Of a stretch of DNA of 45,405 bases, positions 27,255 to 37,865 are shown piece after piece; positions within the stretch are counted from its first letter, which is position 1; every line of letters begins with the position of its first letter. Under the pieces are notes generated by a model. That model saw only the letters and a program-made list of their open reading frames with translations. It had not been told where the DNA came from and did not search any database. The stretch is from Candidatus Parcubacteria bacterium (GTDB taxonomy: Bacteria; Patescibacteriota; Minisyncoccia; Phycocordibacterales; UBA2100): the NCBI GenBank assembly GCA_039798465.1, contig JBDKGA010000038.1, forward strand, positions 1 to 45,405. Direction: 5' to 3'. Both the position numbers and the translations under genes were made by a program.

Positions 27255-28628
27255 ATGGAACGCATTTTGATTGGTGAATTGGGAAAGCACGTGGGGGAGC
27301 AGGTCGCGATTAGCGGCTGGGTCGCGGTGCGCCGCGATCAGGGCAAGATGGTGTTCTTTGATTTCCGCGACCGCTCAGGCATTGTGCAAGGAGTTGTACT
27401 GCCACAGAGCGCCGCCCTCGATGCGGCCAAAGAAACCACGCGCGAAAGTGCTGTCGAGGTGGTTGGTACGGTCAATAAGCGTCCCGAGAAAAATATTTCT
27501 GCTGGCAAACAAAATGGCGACGTGGAATTGCTCGTAGAGCAGCTCACCATCCTCAACAAATCACACACCCTGCCGTTTGATTTGGAGAGCGAACTCAATC
27601 TCGATACCTTGCTCGACAACCGCCCGCTCATGCTCCACACGCAGCGCGAGCGCGATATCTTTGGTGTGCAGGCCACGATAGTGCAGGCATATCGCAACGC
27701 ACTCATCGCACGCGATTTCACCGAATTCCAAGCGCCGGCGATTGTGGGTGGCGACGCCGAAGGTGGCGCCGCAGCATTCAAAGTACAGTACTATCACGAC
27801 ACAACCGCTTTCCTCGCGACCTCGCCACAGTTTTACAAAGAGCTCATGGTCAATGCCTTTGAGCGCTCGTTTACTATTGCCAAAATTTTCCGCGGCGAAA
27901 AACATGCGACCCCGCGCCACCTCTCCGAGCTCACGCAAATGGATTTTGAAATGGGATTCATACGAGATTACCGCGACGTAACGCGCGTTCTCGAAGAAGT
28001 GATTCGCGACGTCGTACGCGCAGTAGGGGAGAAGCATGCAGCTGTGTTTGAGCGCTTCGGCACAAGCGTCCCGCTCGCGCCCGACCCATTTCCCATGCTT
28101 TCCCTCACCGAAGCACAAGACATCATTCGCAAAGAATTTGGTCGCGAGGTAGAAGACATAAACGACATGTCGCCCGAAGACGAGCGCCAGATATGCGAAT
28201 GGGCCAAGCGCGAAAAACAATCCGACTTCGTGTTTATCACGGGCTACCCCACAAAAAAGCGCGCCTTCTACACCTACGAAGAGCCGGGCAAAGCACCATT
28301 TTCGAGCGGATTTGATTTGCTCTTCCGCGGGCTCGAGATAAACAGCGGGAGTCAGCGCATGCATGATTACGACGCAATGATAGAGCGCATGAAGGAGCGC
28401 AAGCTCGATCCCGAGAAGTTTTCGTTTTATTTGCAGGCGCACAAATACGGCATCCCCCCGCACGGCGGCTGCTCCACGGGCCTTGAGCGCATCACCATGA
28501 AAATGCTCGACCTCCAGAACATCCGCGAAGCCACCACCTTCCCGCGCGACATGAACCGCATAGATACACTCCTCCACGCAACCCCTGCAACTTCTTCAGA
28601 CGCACTCAGCCAAAAGGGGGATCAATAG
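27255..28628 (+). CDS. aspS: Aspartate--tRNA ligase, archaeal/type-2 length class
   Basis: N-terminal OB fold (VAISGWVAVRRDQGKMVFFDFRDRSG). Class II motifs FRGEKHATPRHLSELTQMDFEM and GGCSTGLERI. Confidence 0.85.
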   Translation: MERILIGELGKHVGEQVAISGWVAVRRDQGKMVFFDFRDRSGIVQGVVLPQSAALDAAKETTRESAVEVVGTVNKRPEKNISAGKQNGDVELLVEQLTILNKSHTLPFDLESELNLDTLLDNRPLMLHTQRERDIFGVQATIVQAYRNALIARDFTEFQAPAIVGGDAEGGAAAFKVQYYHDTTAFLATSPQFYKELMVNAFERSFTIAKIFRGEKHATPRHLSELTQMDFEMGFIRDYRDVTRVLEEVIRDVVRAVGEKHAAVFERFGTSVPLAPDPFPMLSLTEAQDIIRKEFGREVEDINDMSPEDERQICEWAKREKQSDFVFITGYPTKKRAFYTYEEPGKAPFSSGFDLLFRGLEINSGSQRMHDYDAMIERMKERKLDPEKFSFYLQAHKYGIPPHGGCSTGLERITMKMLDLQNIREATTFPRDMNRIDTLLHATPATSSDALSQKGDQ

Positions 28629-28631
28629 CAC

Positions 28632-29354
28632 ATGGCATTCATACTCGAAACATCTCAGCATCAAGGCCCGCTTGAGGCGCTCCTCGAGCTCATTGAAGCG
28701 CGCAAGCTCTCTATCACTCAAGTCTCGCTCGCCGAAGTGTGCGACGCCTACTTGGCATACCTCGAAAAGCTCCCCGAACTCCCGCTCGGCGAAACAGCCC
28801 AATTTGTACTGGTCGCCTCTACGCTCCTCCTTATAAAATCTCGCTCGCTCTTGCCGTCGCTCACGCTCACCGAAGAAGAAAAAGAGAGTGTAGAAGAACT
28901 GGAGCGCCGCTTGGCGCAACTTCGTATCATAAAAAACTCCGCAAAATTATTGCGCAAAGAGTGGGGAAGAGCGCCGTTTGTCATCGAGCGTCGCGCGCCA
29001 GTGCGTCAGCCTATCTTTAGCCCGGCCGAAGCGAGTGTCTCGACACTCACGCTCGCGATGCAAAAACTCATTTCGCTTTTGCCCACACCCGAAAAGCTCG
29101 CCGAAGTTGCCGTCGCACCGGTACTCAAGCTCGAAGAAGTGGTGGCGAACCTCAAGCAGCGCCTTTCTTCGGCAGTGCGCACCACCTGGCGCGACCTCAC
29201 CAAAAATGCTTCGCGCGGCGACGCTATCGTACATTTTCTCGCGATTCTCGAGCTCGTGCGCTCGGGCTCAGTGTCTGTCACCCAGCAGTCGCTCTTTGCC
29301 GATATGACCATCGAAACCGAAGGGGAGTCGAGCTTGCCGCGATATGGAGTATAA
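28632..29354 (+). CDS. scpA: Segregation and condensation protein A
   Basis: HQGPLEALLELIEARKLSITQVSLAEV is typical of a ScpA N-terminus, and scpB follows. Confidence 0.85.
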   Translation: MAFILETSQHQGPLEALLELIEARKLSITQVSLAEVCDAYLAYLEKLPELPLGETAQFVLVASTLLLIKSRSLLPSLTLTEEEKESVEELERRLAQLRIIKNSAKLLRKEWGRAPFVIERRAPVRQPIFSPAEASVSTLTLAMQKLISLLPTPEKLAEVAVAPVLKLEEVVANLKQRLSSAVRTTWRDLTKNASRGDAIVHFLAILELVRSGSVSVTQQSLFADMTIETEGESSLPRYGV

Positions 29355-29408
29355 GCAACCTCTAGCAATGACTTCCTCGCTTGTCTAAATATGCGATAGA
29401 ATAGACGC

Positions 29409-29996
29409 ATGAGCACACCAACTATCGCACAACGCGCCGAGGCACTCCTTTTTGCAGAGGGCGGTCCGCTCTCCAAAAAGAAATTGGCAAATCAGTTGGG
29501 CTGCAGCGCAGAAGAACTCGCTACGGCGCTCGCTGAGCTCGCACAGCGCTACCAAGAAGGAGGTTTAACCCTCATTCTTTCCGACACCGAAGCAACGCTC
29601 GCCGTTGCTGCAGCAGCACAAGAATCGGTGCGCAAGGCCCAAGAAGCAGAGCTCGGCGAAAAGATAGGCGACGCTGGTCTCGAGGTGCTTTCTATACTTC
29701 TCTACCGCGGTCCATCTACGCGTGCTCACATCGATTACGTTCGCGGAGTAAACACCTCATCCACCGTTCGCAATTTACTTGCACGCGGCCTGATTGAGCG
29801 CGCCGGGAACCCCGAAGACGGTCGCGAATATTTGTATCGCCCCACCACCGAGCTCCTTGCGCACCTCGGTGTTCGCACTGCGCAAGAATTGCCAGATTAT
29901 GCTAAAATAGCAGGCGAATTGGCCTCTTTTGAGCGGTCCCAAGCCGCCGCAGAGCCGTTCGCTTCCCATGGAAACAACGCCGACAACCCAGCCTGA
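29409..29996 (+). CDS. scpB: Segregation and condensation protein B
   Basis: AEALLFAEGGPLS and LEVLSILLYRGPSTRAHIDYVRGVNTSSTVRNLLARGLIE. TAGAAT (29397-29402) lies 6 nt before the ATG. Confidence 0.88.
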   Translation: MSTPTIAQRAEALLFAEGGPLSKKKLANQLGCSAEELATALAELAQRYQEGGLTLILSDTEATLAVAAAAQESVRKAQEAELGEKIGDAGLEVLSILLYRGPSTRAHIDYVRGVNTSSTVRNLLARGLIERAGNPEDGREYLYRPTTELLAHLGVRTAQELPDYAKIAGELASFERSQAAAEPFASHGNNADNPA

Positions 29997-31005
29997 GATA
30001 ATCGATTCCGCACCCTGTACACGCGCTACCTACGCGGGCAGAGGTCTTCTGTCTCTCATATTTCTTGTCGCGGGTTTTTTGGTGTATACCTACTTTTCCG
30101 AAACCGCAGTAGTCTCTGCCGCAGCAACGCAAACACAAACCGCCGCAGTGGCGATTGCTGCACAAAAAGCAGCCGCTCGCGAAGCATTTCAGGGCATTGG
30201 TCTTCAGGCAGAGAGCGCAATCGTGTTTGACGCATCCACCGGCGTAACGCTCTTTGCACGCAACTCATCCGCACAACTCCCGCTCGCTTCTATCACCAAG
30301 GTACCGCTCGCGCTCGCCGTGAGCGAAGCACTGCCGGCCGACGCCATCATCACGCTCACGCATGGCGTTCAGGGTTCGGGCACAACCGACTCACTCTCGG
30401 CGGGTTCACGATGGCGCGTCCGCGAGGTAGTAGATTTCACCTTGGTTGGTTCTTCAAACGATGGCGCACAGGCGCTCGCCGATGCTGCAGATGAATCTCT
30501 GCGCATCCGTTACCCAGAAGCACCTGCCGGGGGTGCGGCAGTGTGGCTCATGAACAAACTCGTGCGAGACCTGGGTCTCCCGCACTCATACTTCCTCAAT
30601 CCCACCGGCCTCGATGAATCTTTGTCACAATCCGGTTCATACGGCAGCGCAGCCGATACGGCGCGACTCTTTGCGTATGCAGCCTCCACCTCCCGCGATA
30701 TTTTCGAAGCAACTGCGCAAAAAGAAGTAACGATTACTTCTCTCGACGGCGCACAGGCGCGCGCGGTAAACACAGACGCAGCGATAGAAGATATACCAGG
30801 GCTTGTGCTGGGAAAGACAGGCTTCACCGATCTTGCGGGAGGGAATCTCGCCGTGGTTGCAGATCTGGCACCCAATCATCGCATAGTGGCTGTAGTGTTG
30901 GGCTCTACACGCGAAGGAAGATTTTCTGATATTCGCACACTCATAGTGGCTGCCCAGGCCTCGCTCTCTCTATTCGAGGCAAGCTCGACGCCACCACTCA
31001 ACTAA
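29968..31005 (+). CDS. Serine-type D-Ala-D-Ala carboxypeptidase (S11/PBP5-like)
   Basis: SITK (SxxK), SSND (SxN) and KTGFT (KTG), with an N-terminal TM anchor. The start is uncertain: ATG 29968 overlaps scpB by 29 nt, and the ORF track gives 29929. Confidence 0.82.
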   Translation: METTPTTQPEIIDSAPCTRATYAGRGLLSLIFLVAGFLVYTYFSETAVVSAAATQTQTAAVAIAAQKAAAREAFQGIGLQAESAIVFDASTGVTLFARNSSAQLPLASITKVPLALAVSEALPADAIITLTHGVQGSGTTDSLSAGSRWRVREVVDFTLVGSSNDGAQALADAADESLRIRYPEAPAGGAAVWLMNKLVRDLGLPHSYFLNPTGLDESLSQSGSYGSAADTARLFAYAASTSRDIFEATAQKEVTITSLDGAQARAVNTDAAIEDIPGLVLGKTGFTDLAGGNLAVVADLAPNHRIVAVVLGSTREGRFSDIRTLIVAAQASLSLFEASSTPPLN

Positions 31006-31007
31006 GT

Positions 31008-32081
31008 ATGGACTCATTTGCTCCACCACTCATTAGTGCTCTCATTCCTGCAGCCGCCGCATTTGCTATCGGGCTCGCCATCACTCCCATCGTTACGCAC
31101 TATTTATATCTCCACAAAGCATGGAAAAAAACTGCCGGCAAAAAGGCCCTCGACGGTTCGGCGGCGAGCGTATTCAACGATCTTCACAAGCACCACGAGG
31201 TACGTGCGCCGCGCATGGGTGGCGTAGTGATTTGGGTGAGCGTATTGCTCGCTGTCATTCTTTTTAGGGTAATAAGTATTGTCTGGCCCACACCGTTTAC
31301 TTTTGCGCTCGACTTCCTTTCGCGTAGCCAAACATGGATTCCGCTCGCCGCACTCCTGATTGGTGCGCTCGTAGGTCTCATCGACGACATTCTTACGGTG
31401 AGTGCAAAAGGGGAAGGGCTTCGCCTCCGTGCGCGACTCGCGATTGTTGTAGTACTTTCCACCTACATTGGCTGGTGGTTTTATGCAAAACTCGGATTCA
31501 TCGCCATCAACGTCCCGTTTGCCGAACCAATAACCCTCGGGTGGCTGATTGTTCCACTCTTTATATTGGTATCACTTGCCGTGTACGCGTCGGGGGTTAT
31601 CGACGGTATCGACGGTCTTTCGGGAGGTGTTTTCGCTCCTATTTTTGCCGCATACGCAGTCATTGCATTCGCACAACAGCAAAGCGATTTGGCAGCACTC
31701 TGCGCAAGTATCGTAGGTGCTCTTCTCGCATTCCTCTGGTTTAACATTCCCCCCGCACGATTCTACATGTCGGACACTGGCACGATGGGGCTCACGCTCA
31801 CTCTCGCTGCTGTAGCATTTCTTACAGACAGCCCCGGTGGGGGAGTTGGGATTAGCGTCTTACCGATTGTTGGTTTTGTCCTCGTCGCTACGGTTGCCTC
31901 AAATATGTTACAAGTATTCTGGAAGCGCGCATTCGGGCGGAAGCTTTTGCGCGTAGCGCCGCTCCATCATCATTTCGAAGCGATTGGTTGGCCCGGCTAC
32001 AAGGTTGCTATGCGTTATTGGGTCGTCTCTTCGATGAGCGCGTTTGTGGGTGTCATCGTCGCGCTCGCTACACTTGCCTAA
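31008..32081 (+). CDS. mraY: Phospho-N-acetylmuramoyl-pentapeptide transferase
   Basis: GLIDDILTV, DGIDGLSGG, MSDTGTMG and APLHHHFE. Confidence 0.93.
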   Translation: MDSFAPPLISALIPAAAAFAIGLAITPIVTHYLYLHKAWKKTAGKKALDGSAASVFNDLHKHHEVRAPRMGGVVIWVSVLLAVILFRVISIVWPTPFTFALDFLSRSQTWIPLAALLIGALVGLIDDILTVSAKGEGLRLRARLAIVVVLSTYIGWWFYAKLGFIAINVPFAEPITLGWLIVPLFILVSLAVYASGVIDGIDGLSGGVFAPIFAAYAVIAFAQQQSDLAALCASIVGALLAFLWFNIPPARFYMSDTGTMGLTLTLAAVAFLTDSPGGGVGISVLPIVGFVLVATVASNMLQVFWKRAFGRKLLRVAPLHHHFEAIGWPGYKVAMRYWVVSSMSAFVGVIVALATLA

Positions 32082-32084
32082 GAT

Positions 32085-33194
32085 ATGAGTAAAAAAAGCG
32101 CCCACATCGATAGTGTGCTCGCGCTCATCTTGGCGACACTCGTCGTGGGCGGCGGCCTCCTCTTTACTTCTGCAGCATTTGGCCTGCTCGCTCGAGGATC
32201 TCTCAACATGAGCTCTGTCTTTTTGAGTCATCTCGGCATGGGTATGGGTGCCGGTTTTGTGGCGCTCCTTATTGGGGTATTTGCTGATTATCGTTTGTGG
32301 AGAAAATATGCACCTTTTCTTTTTGGTGCCGCACTTCTCATTACCGCCGCTGTATTTATTCCCGGCATTGGCTTCGAGCATGGCGGGGCGCGCCGCTGGA
32401 TTCATGTTGGCGGTATGTCACTCCAGCCGTCCGAAATGCTAAAACTAGCGGCACTTCTGCTGGGTGCTGCCTATTTTGCAACCATAAAACAGAAAGTGGC
32501 TACCACACAATGGGGACTGGGTGGCTTTTTGGCTATTCTTGTCGTGCCTGCACTGCTTCTTATTGCACAGCCCGATATCGGTACGCTTGGCGTCATCGCT
32601 ATCTCGCTCTTTGCTATATTCTGGGTCGCAGGTGCACGCATGCGCGACATCGCACTCCTTGTAGTGATAGGCATGATTGCGTTTGCTGCAGTATTTTTTA
32701 CCAAACCGTATATTCGCGACCGTATCTCGACATTCTTTGACCCCTCGCAGGGCCAACATGCAGAGAGCTACCAAATACGTCAGTCGCTCATTGCCATAGG
32801 ATCAGGACAAATAGTAGGACGTGGCTTTGGGCAGGGGATACAAAAATTTACCTACCTTCCCGAACCAATGGGTGATTCTATTTTTGCGGTTGCCGGAGAA
32901 GAGCTCGGCTTTGTTGGGACAGTTTCTATTGTTTTGCTCTTTCTTGCGTTTGGGCTGCGCGGATTCCACGTTGCAACAAAAGCTGCCGACCCCTTTGGCA
33001 TGTATCTCGCAGTGGGTATTGCCACCTATCTCACTATCGAAGCCTTTATAAACATCGCCTCTATGCTCGGCATGGTGCCCGTGACGGGCATCCCACTCAC
33101 ATTTATAAGCCAGGGCGGCTCGGCGATGCTCATGACACTCGCGAGCGCTGGCATACTGCTGGGCATCTCGAGAGGGAAAAAGAAGGCTGCCTGA
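32085..33194 (+). CDS. ftsW: SEDS family peptidoglycan glycosyltransferase (FtsW/RodA)
   Basis: PSEMLKLAALL, QIRQSLIAIGSGQIVGRGFGQG, LPEPMGDSIFAVAGEELGFVG and ISQGGSAML. It lies between mraY and murG. Confidence 0.88.
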   Translation: MSKKSAHIDSVLALILATLVVGGGLLFTSAAFGLLARGSLNMSSVFLSHLGMGMGAGFVALLIGVFADYRLWRKYAPFLFGAALLITAAVFIPGIGFEHGGARRWIHVGGMSLQPSEMLKLAALLLGAAYFATIKQKVATTQWGLGGFLAILVVPALLLIAQPDIGTLGVIAISLFAIFWVAGARMRDIALLVVIGMIAFAAVFFTKPYIRDRISTFFDPSQGQHAESYQIRQSLIAIGSGQIVGRGFGQGIQKFTYLPEPMGDSIFAVAGEELGFVGTVSIVLLFLAFGLRGFHVATKAADPFGMYLAVGIATYLTIEAFINIASMLGMVPVTGIPLTFISQGGSAMLMTLASAGILLGISRGKKKAA

Positions 33195-33231
33195 TGTTTA
33201 GGTCTGTCAAAAATCGGGTACAATAGCCTGT

Positions 33232-34374
33232 ATGCGTATCGCATTTACAGGCGGGGGGACAGGCGGGCATTTTTACCCGCATATTGCCGTTGCTGAATCC
33301 ATAGAGGAAATCTGCAACGAAAAAAGTCTCATCGAGCCACAGCTGTACTATCTGGGGCCAGAACCATTTGATAAGCTCGCACTTGCAGAACACGACATAG
33401 CATATGTGTCAAGTCCGGCAGGGAAGGTACGCCGGTACGCATCTATACTCAACGTGTTGGGCGCATTCTCAACGGCTGCTGGAATCATAAGCTCGATAGG
33501 AAAGCTCTTTTCGCTCTATCCCGATGTGGTGTTTTCTACGGGCGGCTACGCTGCATATCCCACCTTGTGGGCGGCGCGCATTCTTGCTATTCCCGTTGTC
33601 ATATACGATGCCGACGCCAAGCCCGGCCGTGTGTCGCTGTGGTCGTCCAAGTTTGCCAAGTGGATTGCTGTCGCGCACCCCGATGCTGCGGCAAATTTCC
33701 CGGCAAAAGTACGCGACCGCATGGCGCGCGTAGGGCACCCGATACGCAAAGAGATTCGTGGTTTTGCCCGCGAAGGAGGTCACGAGTTTCTCAAACTCGA
33801 TCCGTCGGTCCCAACCATCTTCGTGCTCGGCGGTTCGCAAGGCTCACGCGCAATAAACGAAACACTGCTCGATGCGTTGCCAGATTTAGTTTCTCGCTAC
33901 AATATCGTTCACCAAGCCGGTACTGCAAATCTCGAGGAAGTGCGGGGTATCTCTTCGGTGTCACTCAAGGGGTCGCCATTTTTGGACCGCTATCGTGTCT
34001 TTGGACTCCTCAATACGCTCGCCATTCGTATGTCGGCCGGTATTTCAAATCTTGTTATATCGCGCGCCGGCTCGGGCACTATTTTTGAAATCGCATCGTG
34101 GGGAATCCCCGCAATTCTTATTCCTATTCCACCCGACGTATCGCACGACCAAACAGAAAATGCCTACTCATACGCGCGCATGGGCGGTGGCATAGTGATA
34201 GAGCAACAAAATCTCACACCACATGTATTATCTGCCGAGGTGGATCGTCTTATGCAAGATGCGACCATGCGTGAGCGCATGCATGCTGCCGCCGAAAAGT
34301 TTGCCCGCCCAGAGGCGGCACACAAAATAGCAGAAATCTTGCTCGAAACATCGCTCGCACACGAGGCCGTCTAA
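33232..34374 (+). CDS. murG: UDP-GlcNAc--lipid I N-acetylglucosamine transferase
   Basis: FTGGGTGGHFYP and RAGSGTIFEIASWGIPAILIP. TACAAT (33219-33224) lies 7 nt before the ATG. Confidence 0.92.
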   Translation: MRIAFTGGGTGGHFYPHIAVAESIEEICNEKSLIEPQLYYLGPEPFDKLALAEHDIAYVSSPAGKVRRYASILNVLGAFSTAAGIISSIGKLFSLYPDVVFSTGGYAAYPTLWAARILAIPVVIYDADAKPGRVSLWSSKFAKWIAVAHPDAAANFPAKVRDRMARVGHPIRKEIRGFAREGGHEFLKLDPSVPTIFVLGGSQGSRAINETLLDALPDLVSRYNIVHQAGTANLEEVRGISSVSLKGSPFLDRYRVFGLLNTLAIRMSAGISNLVISRAGSGTIFEIASWGIPAILIPIPPDVSHDQTENAYSYARMGGGIVIEQQNLTPHVLSAEVDRLMQDATMRERMHAAAEKFARPEAAHKIAEILLETSLAHEAV

Positions 34375-34381
34375 TTTTTCT

Positions 34382-35881
34382 ATGAACACACCTATCACAC
34401 GATTCGCACCAAGCCCCACAGGATTTATGCACATAGGTGGTGTACGTACCGCACTCTATGCGTGGATGTGGGCGCGCAAACACGGCGGCACTTTTATTTT
34501 GCGCATCGAAGACACCGACAAGGAGCGCGAGGTCCCGGGGTCTATCGAGCACATTATGGAAACACTGCGCTGGTTAGGATTAGAGTGGGATTATGGGCCC
34601 GACAAGCCAGGAAATTTTGGTTCATGTATCCAATCCCAGCGCCTTGATACCTACCGCGCCGCCGCTCAGCAACTCGTAGATAAGGGTCTCGCATATCCAG
34701 ACCCCTACAGCGCCGAAGAAATTGATGGGTTTCGCCGAGCAGCACAAGCCGACAAGCGCGTGTTTCTCTTCCGCGACCATCGCCCGAAAGAGTTTGGTGC
34801 ATGGGACGGCACGCGCCCACTGCGATTCAAGGTACCCGAGGTAAAACGCAGCCACTGGCACGATGCAGTGCGCGGTGAACTGCAGGCAGGGGAGGAGGCA
34901 CTCGATGATTTTATCCTCATGAAGAGCGACGGCTACCCAACGTACAACTTTGCGCACATTATCGACGACCAGCACATGGGTATCACGCATATTATGCGTG
35001 CCGATGAATTTATTTCTTCGACCCCTAAATTCCTTTCGCTCTACGAAGCGCTGGGCATTACGCCGCCCGTTTTTGTAACGCTCCCACCAATCTTGCGCGA
35101 AGATAAAACAAAAAAGCTTGGCAAGCGCGATGGTGCAAAAGACGTTCTCGAGTACCGTGCCGAAGGATATTTGCCTGAAGCAATGATAAATTTTCTTGCA
35201 CTCATCGGCTGGAACCCGGGCACGCCCCAAGAAATATTTTCTCGCGAAGAACTCATCGCGGCGTTTGATATCTCTGGTATTCACTCGCACGGCGGCGTGT
35301 TCAACGAAGAAAAACTTCGCTGGTTTAACAAGCAACATCTCAGTCGATTGAGCAATGAGCGCTTTAAGGAAATCATCATAACCCCAATGGTCAGCTCTAC
35401 GACTACCGCCTACTATGACACGCATCAAGCAAGCCACAGTACTGATGCATTTGTGATTGATTCAAAACATGCGGATATTTGGAACAAACTCACGCCTATC
35501 ATTCGAGAGCGCATTGCAACAGCTGCAGATTTCTCGGCCGAACTTAATTCAGGTGAATATTCATATTTCTTTGCCCCACCAAAAACGACACAAATTAAAA
35601 CGGAGCTTCTTCCTAATAAATCTTCGTCCCTGACCGAGGCACTAGGTTACCTACAAGATGCACGCAATTTACTTGCTAAAGCAGATTTCTCTTCTGCGGA
35701 TACACTTAAGTCAGCTCTCTGGGATTACGCCACAGAAAAGGGGAGAGGGAACGTCTTGTGGCCTTTGCGCTACGCACTCACCGGCAAAGAAAAGTCCCCC
35801 GACCCGTTTACCGTCGCCCATATCATCGGTAAAGAAGATACCCTGGCACGCATAGATGCTGCACTTACTCTCGGCCTATGA
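34382..35881 (+). CDS. gltX: Glutamate--tRNA ligase
   Basis: RFAPSPTGFMHIGGVRTALY, YPTYNFAHIIDD and KLGKRDG. Confidence 0.93.
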   Translation: MNTPITRFAPSPTGFMHIGGVRTALYAWMWARKHGGTFILRIEDTDKEREVPGSIEHIMETLRWLGLEWDYGPDKPGNFGSCIQSQRLDTYRAAAQQLVDKGLAYPDPYSAEEIDGFRRAAQADKRVFLFRDHRPKEFGAWDGTRPLRFKVPEVKRSHWHDAVRGELQAGEEALDDFILMKSDGYPTYNFAHIIDDQHMGITHIMRADEFISSTPKFLSLYEALGITPPVFVTLPPILREDKTKKLGKRDGAKDVLEYRAEGYLPEAMINFLALIGWNPGTPQEIFSREELIAAFDISGIHSHGGVFNEEKLRWFNKQHLSRLSNERFKEIIITPMVSSTTTAYYDTHQASHSTDAFVIDSKHADIWNKLTPIIRERIATAADFSAELNSGEYSYFFAPPKTTQIKTELLPNKSSSLTEALGYLQDARNLLAKADFSSADTLKSALWDYATEKGRGNVLWPLRYALTGKEKSPDPFTVAHIIGKEDTLARIDAALTLGL

Positions 35882-37146
35882 GAAAGGTCGTGGCAATACT
35901 GTTCGCGATTTTTTTCGCGCTACCCATGGTGATGCATGCTCAAAGCGCTGATGAACTCCGCGCACAAATCGCAGACCACAATGCTCAAATAGAAAAACTC
36001 GATAAAGAAATTGCTCAGTTTGAAAAAGAGCTCGTCGCGGTAGGGGGCAAAAAAAAGACTCTGCAAAACACCATCTCTTCTCTCAACATCACGATAAAAA
36101 AGACAACCGCGACAATCAACGTCACCAAAAATAAAATTGGTGCAACCGAGCTTGAGATTCGTGAGCTCGCTGGTGACATCGCAGACCGCGAGACCCTTAT
36201 CGCACACCAGAAGTCTGGCATCGCAGCGTCACTGCGCACTGTCGCCGGCGAAGATGATCGTTCTCTCATCGAGCAGACACTTTCCGAAGACACACTTGCT
36301 GAAACGTGGCGCGTGCTCGACGCCGCAGCCGAATTCCAGGAGTCCATGCAGGAGCGCATTAGCACACTTTCAAAAGAAAAAGAGCGACTCGCTACCTCTA
36401 AGGCTGCCACCGAGAGCAAGCGTGCAGAGCTTTTAAAACAAAAGCAAACGCTGCTTGCACAGCAGGGTTCACTCACCGCAACCAAGCAATCACAAAACGA
36501 GCTCCTTGCCGCAACAAAATCCCAAGAGGCCGAGTACCAGCGCATCCTCAAAGAAAAAAAGGCGCAGCAATCGACATTTGAAGGAGCGCTAACCGACCTC
36601 AAATCAAAGCTGGCAGTAGCTATCGACCCCTCATCAATCACTCCCGCTGGCAAAGGTGTTTTGCGCTGGCCCACCGACACGGTGCGCGTCACCCAGTACT
36701 TTGGCAATACTGCCTTTGCTGCGAGCGGCGCCTACAAAGGCAAAGGTCACAACGGCATAGATATCGGTGTACCAAACGGCACGCCACTCAAGGCCGCACT
36801 TTCGGGCACCGTAGTTGGCACAGGAAATACCGATAGCGTACGCGGCTGTTATTCGTTTGGTAAGTGGGTACTTATCAAACACGGCAATGGACTTTCAACA
36901 CTCTACGCCCACCTCTCAAAAACCGCCGTATCAGCGGGCCAACAAGTTTCTACCGGGCAACTCATTGGCTACAGCGGGGAAACAGGGTACGCTACCGGTC
37001 CTCATCTTCACTTTGGTGTATATGTTTCGTCGGCAACCCAGATTATGAAATTGGGTGATGCCACAAATTCAAAGAGTGCGTGCTCAAGCGCTACCATGCC
37101 CATTGCGCCACTTTCAGCGTATCTCAACCCGATGAATTATCTCTAG
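35878..37146 (+). CDS. M23 family metallopeptidase with N-terminal coiled coil (EnvC-like)
   Basis: Signal peptide, a long coiled coil, then HNGIDIGVPNGTP and GPHLHFGVY. The start overlaps the gltX stop (ATGA). Confidence 0.88.
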   Translation: MRKVVAILFAIFFALPMVMHAQSADELRAQIADHNAQIEKLDKEIAQFEKELVAVGGKKKTLQNTISSLNITIKKTTATINVTKNKIGATELEIRELAGDIADRETLIAHQKSGIAASLRTVAGEDDRSLIEQTLSEDTLAETWRVLDAAAEFQESMQERISTLSKEKERLATSKAATESKRAELLKQKQTLLAQQGSLTATKQSQNELLAATKSQEAEYQRILKEKKAQQSTFEGALTDLKSKLAVAIDPSSITPAGKGVLRWPTDTVRVTQYFGNTAFAASGAYKGKGHNGIDIGVPNGTPLKAALSGTVVGTGNTDSVRGCYSFGKWVLIKHGNGLSTLYAHLSKTAVSAGQQVSTGQLIGYSGETGYATGPHLHFGVYVSSATQIMKLGDATNSKSACSSATMPIAPLSAYLNPMNYL

Positions 37147-37813
37147 TGCCGCGTTTTGCACGAGTGCCTTGGCGTTTCCACTCAATATGGAACGAGGCGT
37201 CTATTTCTACAGGCTGGGCTTTTCTGAGCGAGGCTAAAATATTGTGCGACACGGTTGGAAAATGCTTACTGTGATCGAGCTCGCCGGCAAGCCAGTGCAA
37301 ATCGTTCTCGGCCGTGAGCCATCGCTCGAGCGCAAAACGAGACACATCAAACGGTGCAGAATATGCTTTGAGCGATTTTGTTCCGTTGGGCATAAAATAT
37401 TCATGGAAGTACGACATCGCGAGTTCGCGCGGTGATGTGTATACCGCATCGCGGTAACGCAAGACAGCATGATTGGTCTTGCTGATTGCGCCCCAGCGAT
37501 TGTTTTTCTTAAACAGTGCCACCACATGATCCTGATCGTCTCCGCTAGTCTGAAAGTCCAGAAGAAGCGGGCGGGCACCGTGGTACGCGAGGACAGCCGC
37601 CGCAAACAGAGCCCCTTCGAAACAATGTGCCGTTTTTTCGCGCACAACTCGGCGTGGTGAGTAGTATGTCTCGCCCTGGTCCTCAAAATTGACCGACAGC
37701 GAGTCGAGATAGTCTTGTATGGCATCTGGGGTGCCGAGATTATCAAAAAGTGCTTTCTCGTGGGGGACTAGGAGCGCCGAGATACGGCTAGAAATCGTTG
37801 ATTTACGGCTCAT
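37124..37813 (-). CDS. Hypothetical protein, possibly transglutaminase/papain-like cysteine peptidase fold
   Basis: AHCFEGALFAAAVL and DQDHVVALF suggest a Cys and His pair. TATAAT (37821-37826) lies 7 nt before ATG 37813. The 3' end overlaps the convergent M23 gene by 23 nt. Confidence 0.55.
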   Translation of the reverse strand: MSRKSTISSRISALLVPHEKALFDNLGTPDAIQDYLDSLSVNFEDQGETYYSPRRVVREKTAHCFEGALFAAAVLAYHGARPLLLDFQTSGDDQDHVVALFKKNNRWGAISKTNHAVLRYRDAVYTSPRELAMSYFHEYFMPNGTKSLKAYSAPFDVSRFALERWLTAENDLHWLAGELDHSKHFPTVSHNILASLRKAQPVEIDASFHIEWKRQGTRAKRGTRDNSSG

Positions 37814-37865
37814 GAGGGAATTATAGCGCAAAAGCTTGGGCTCGAATCAAATCCGAAGGTGGAGA

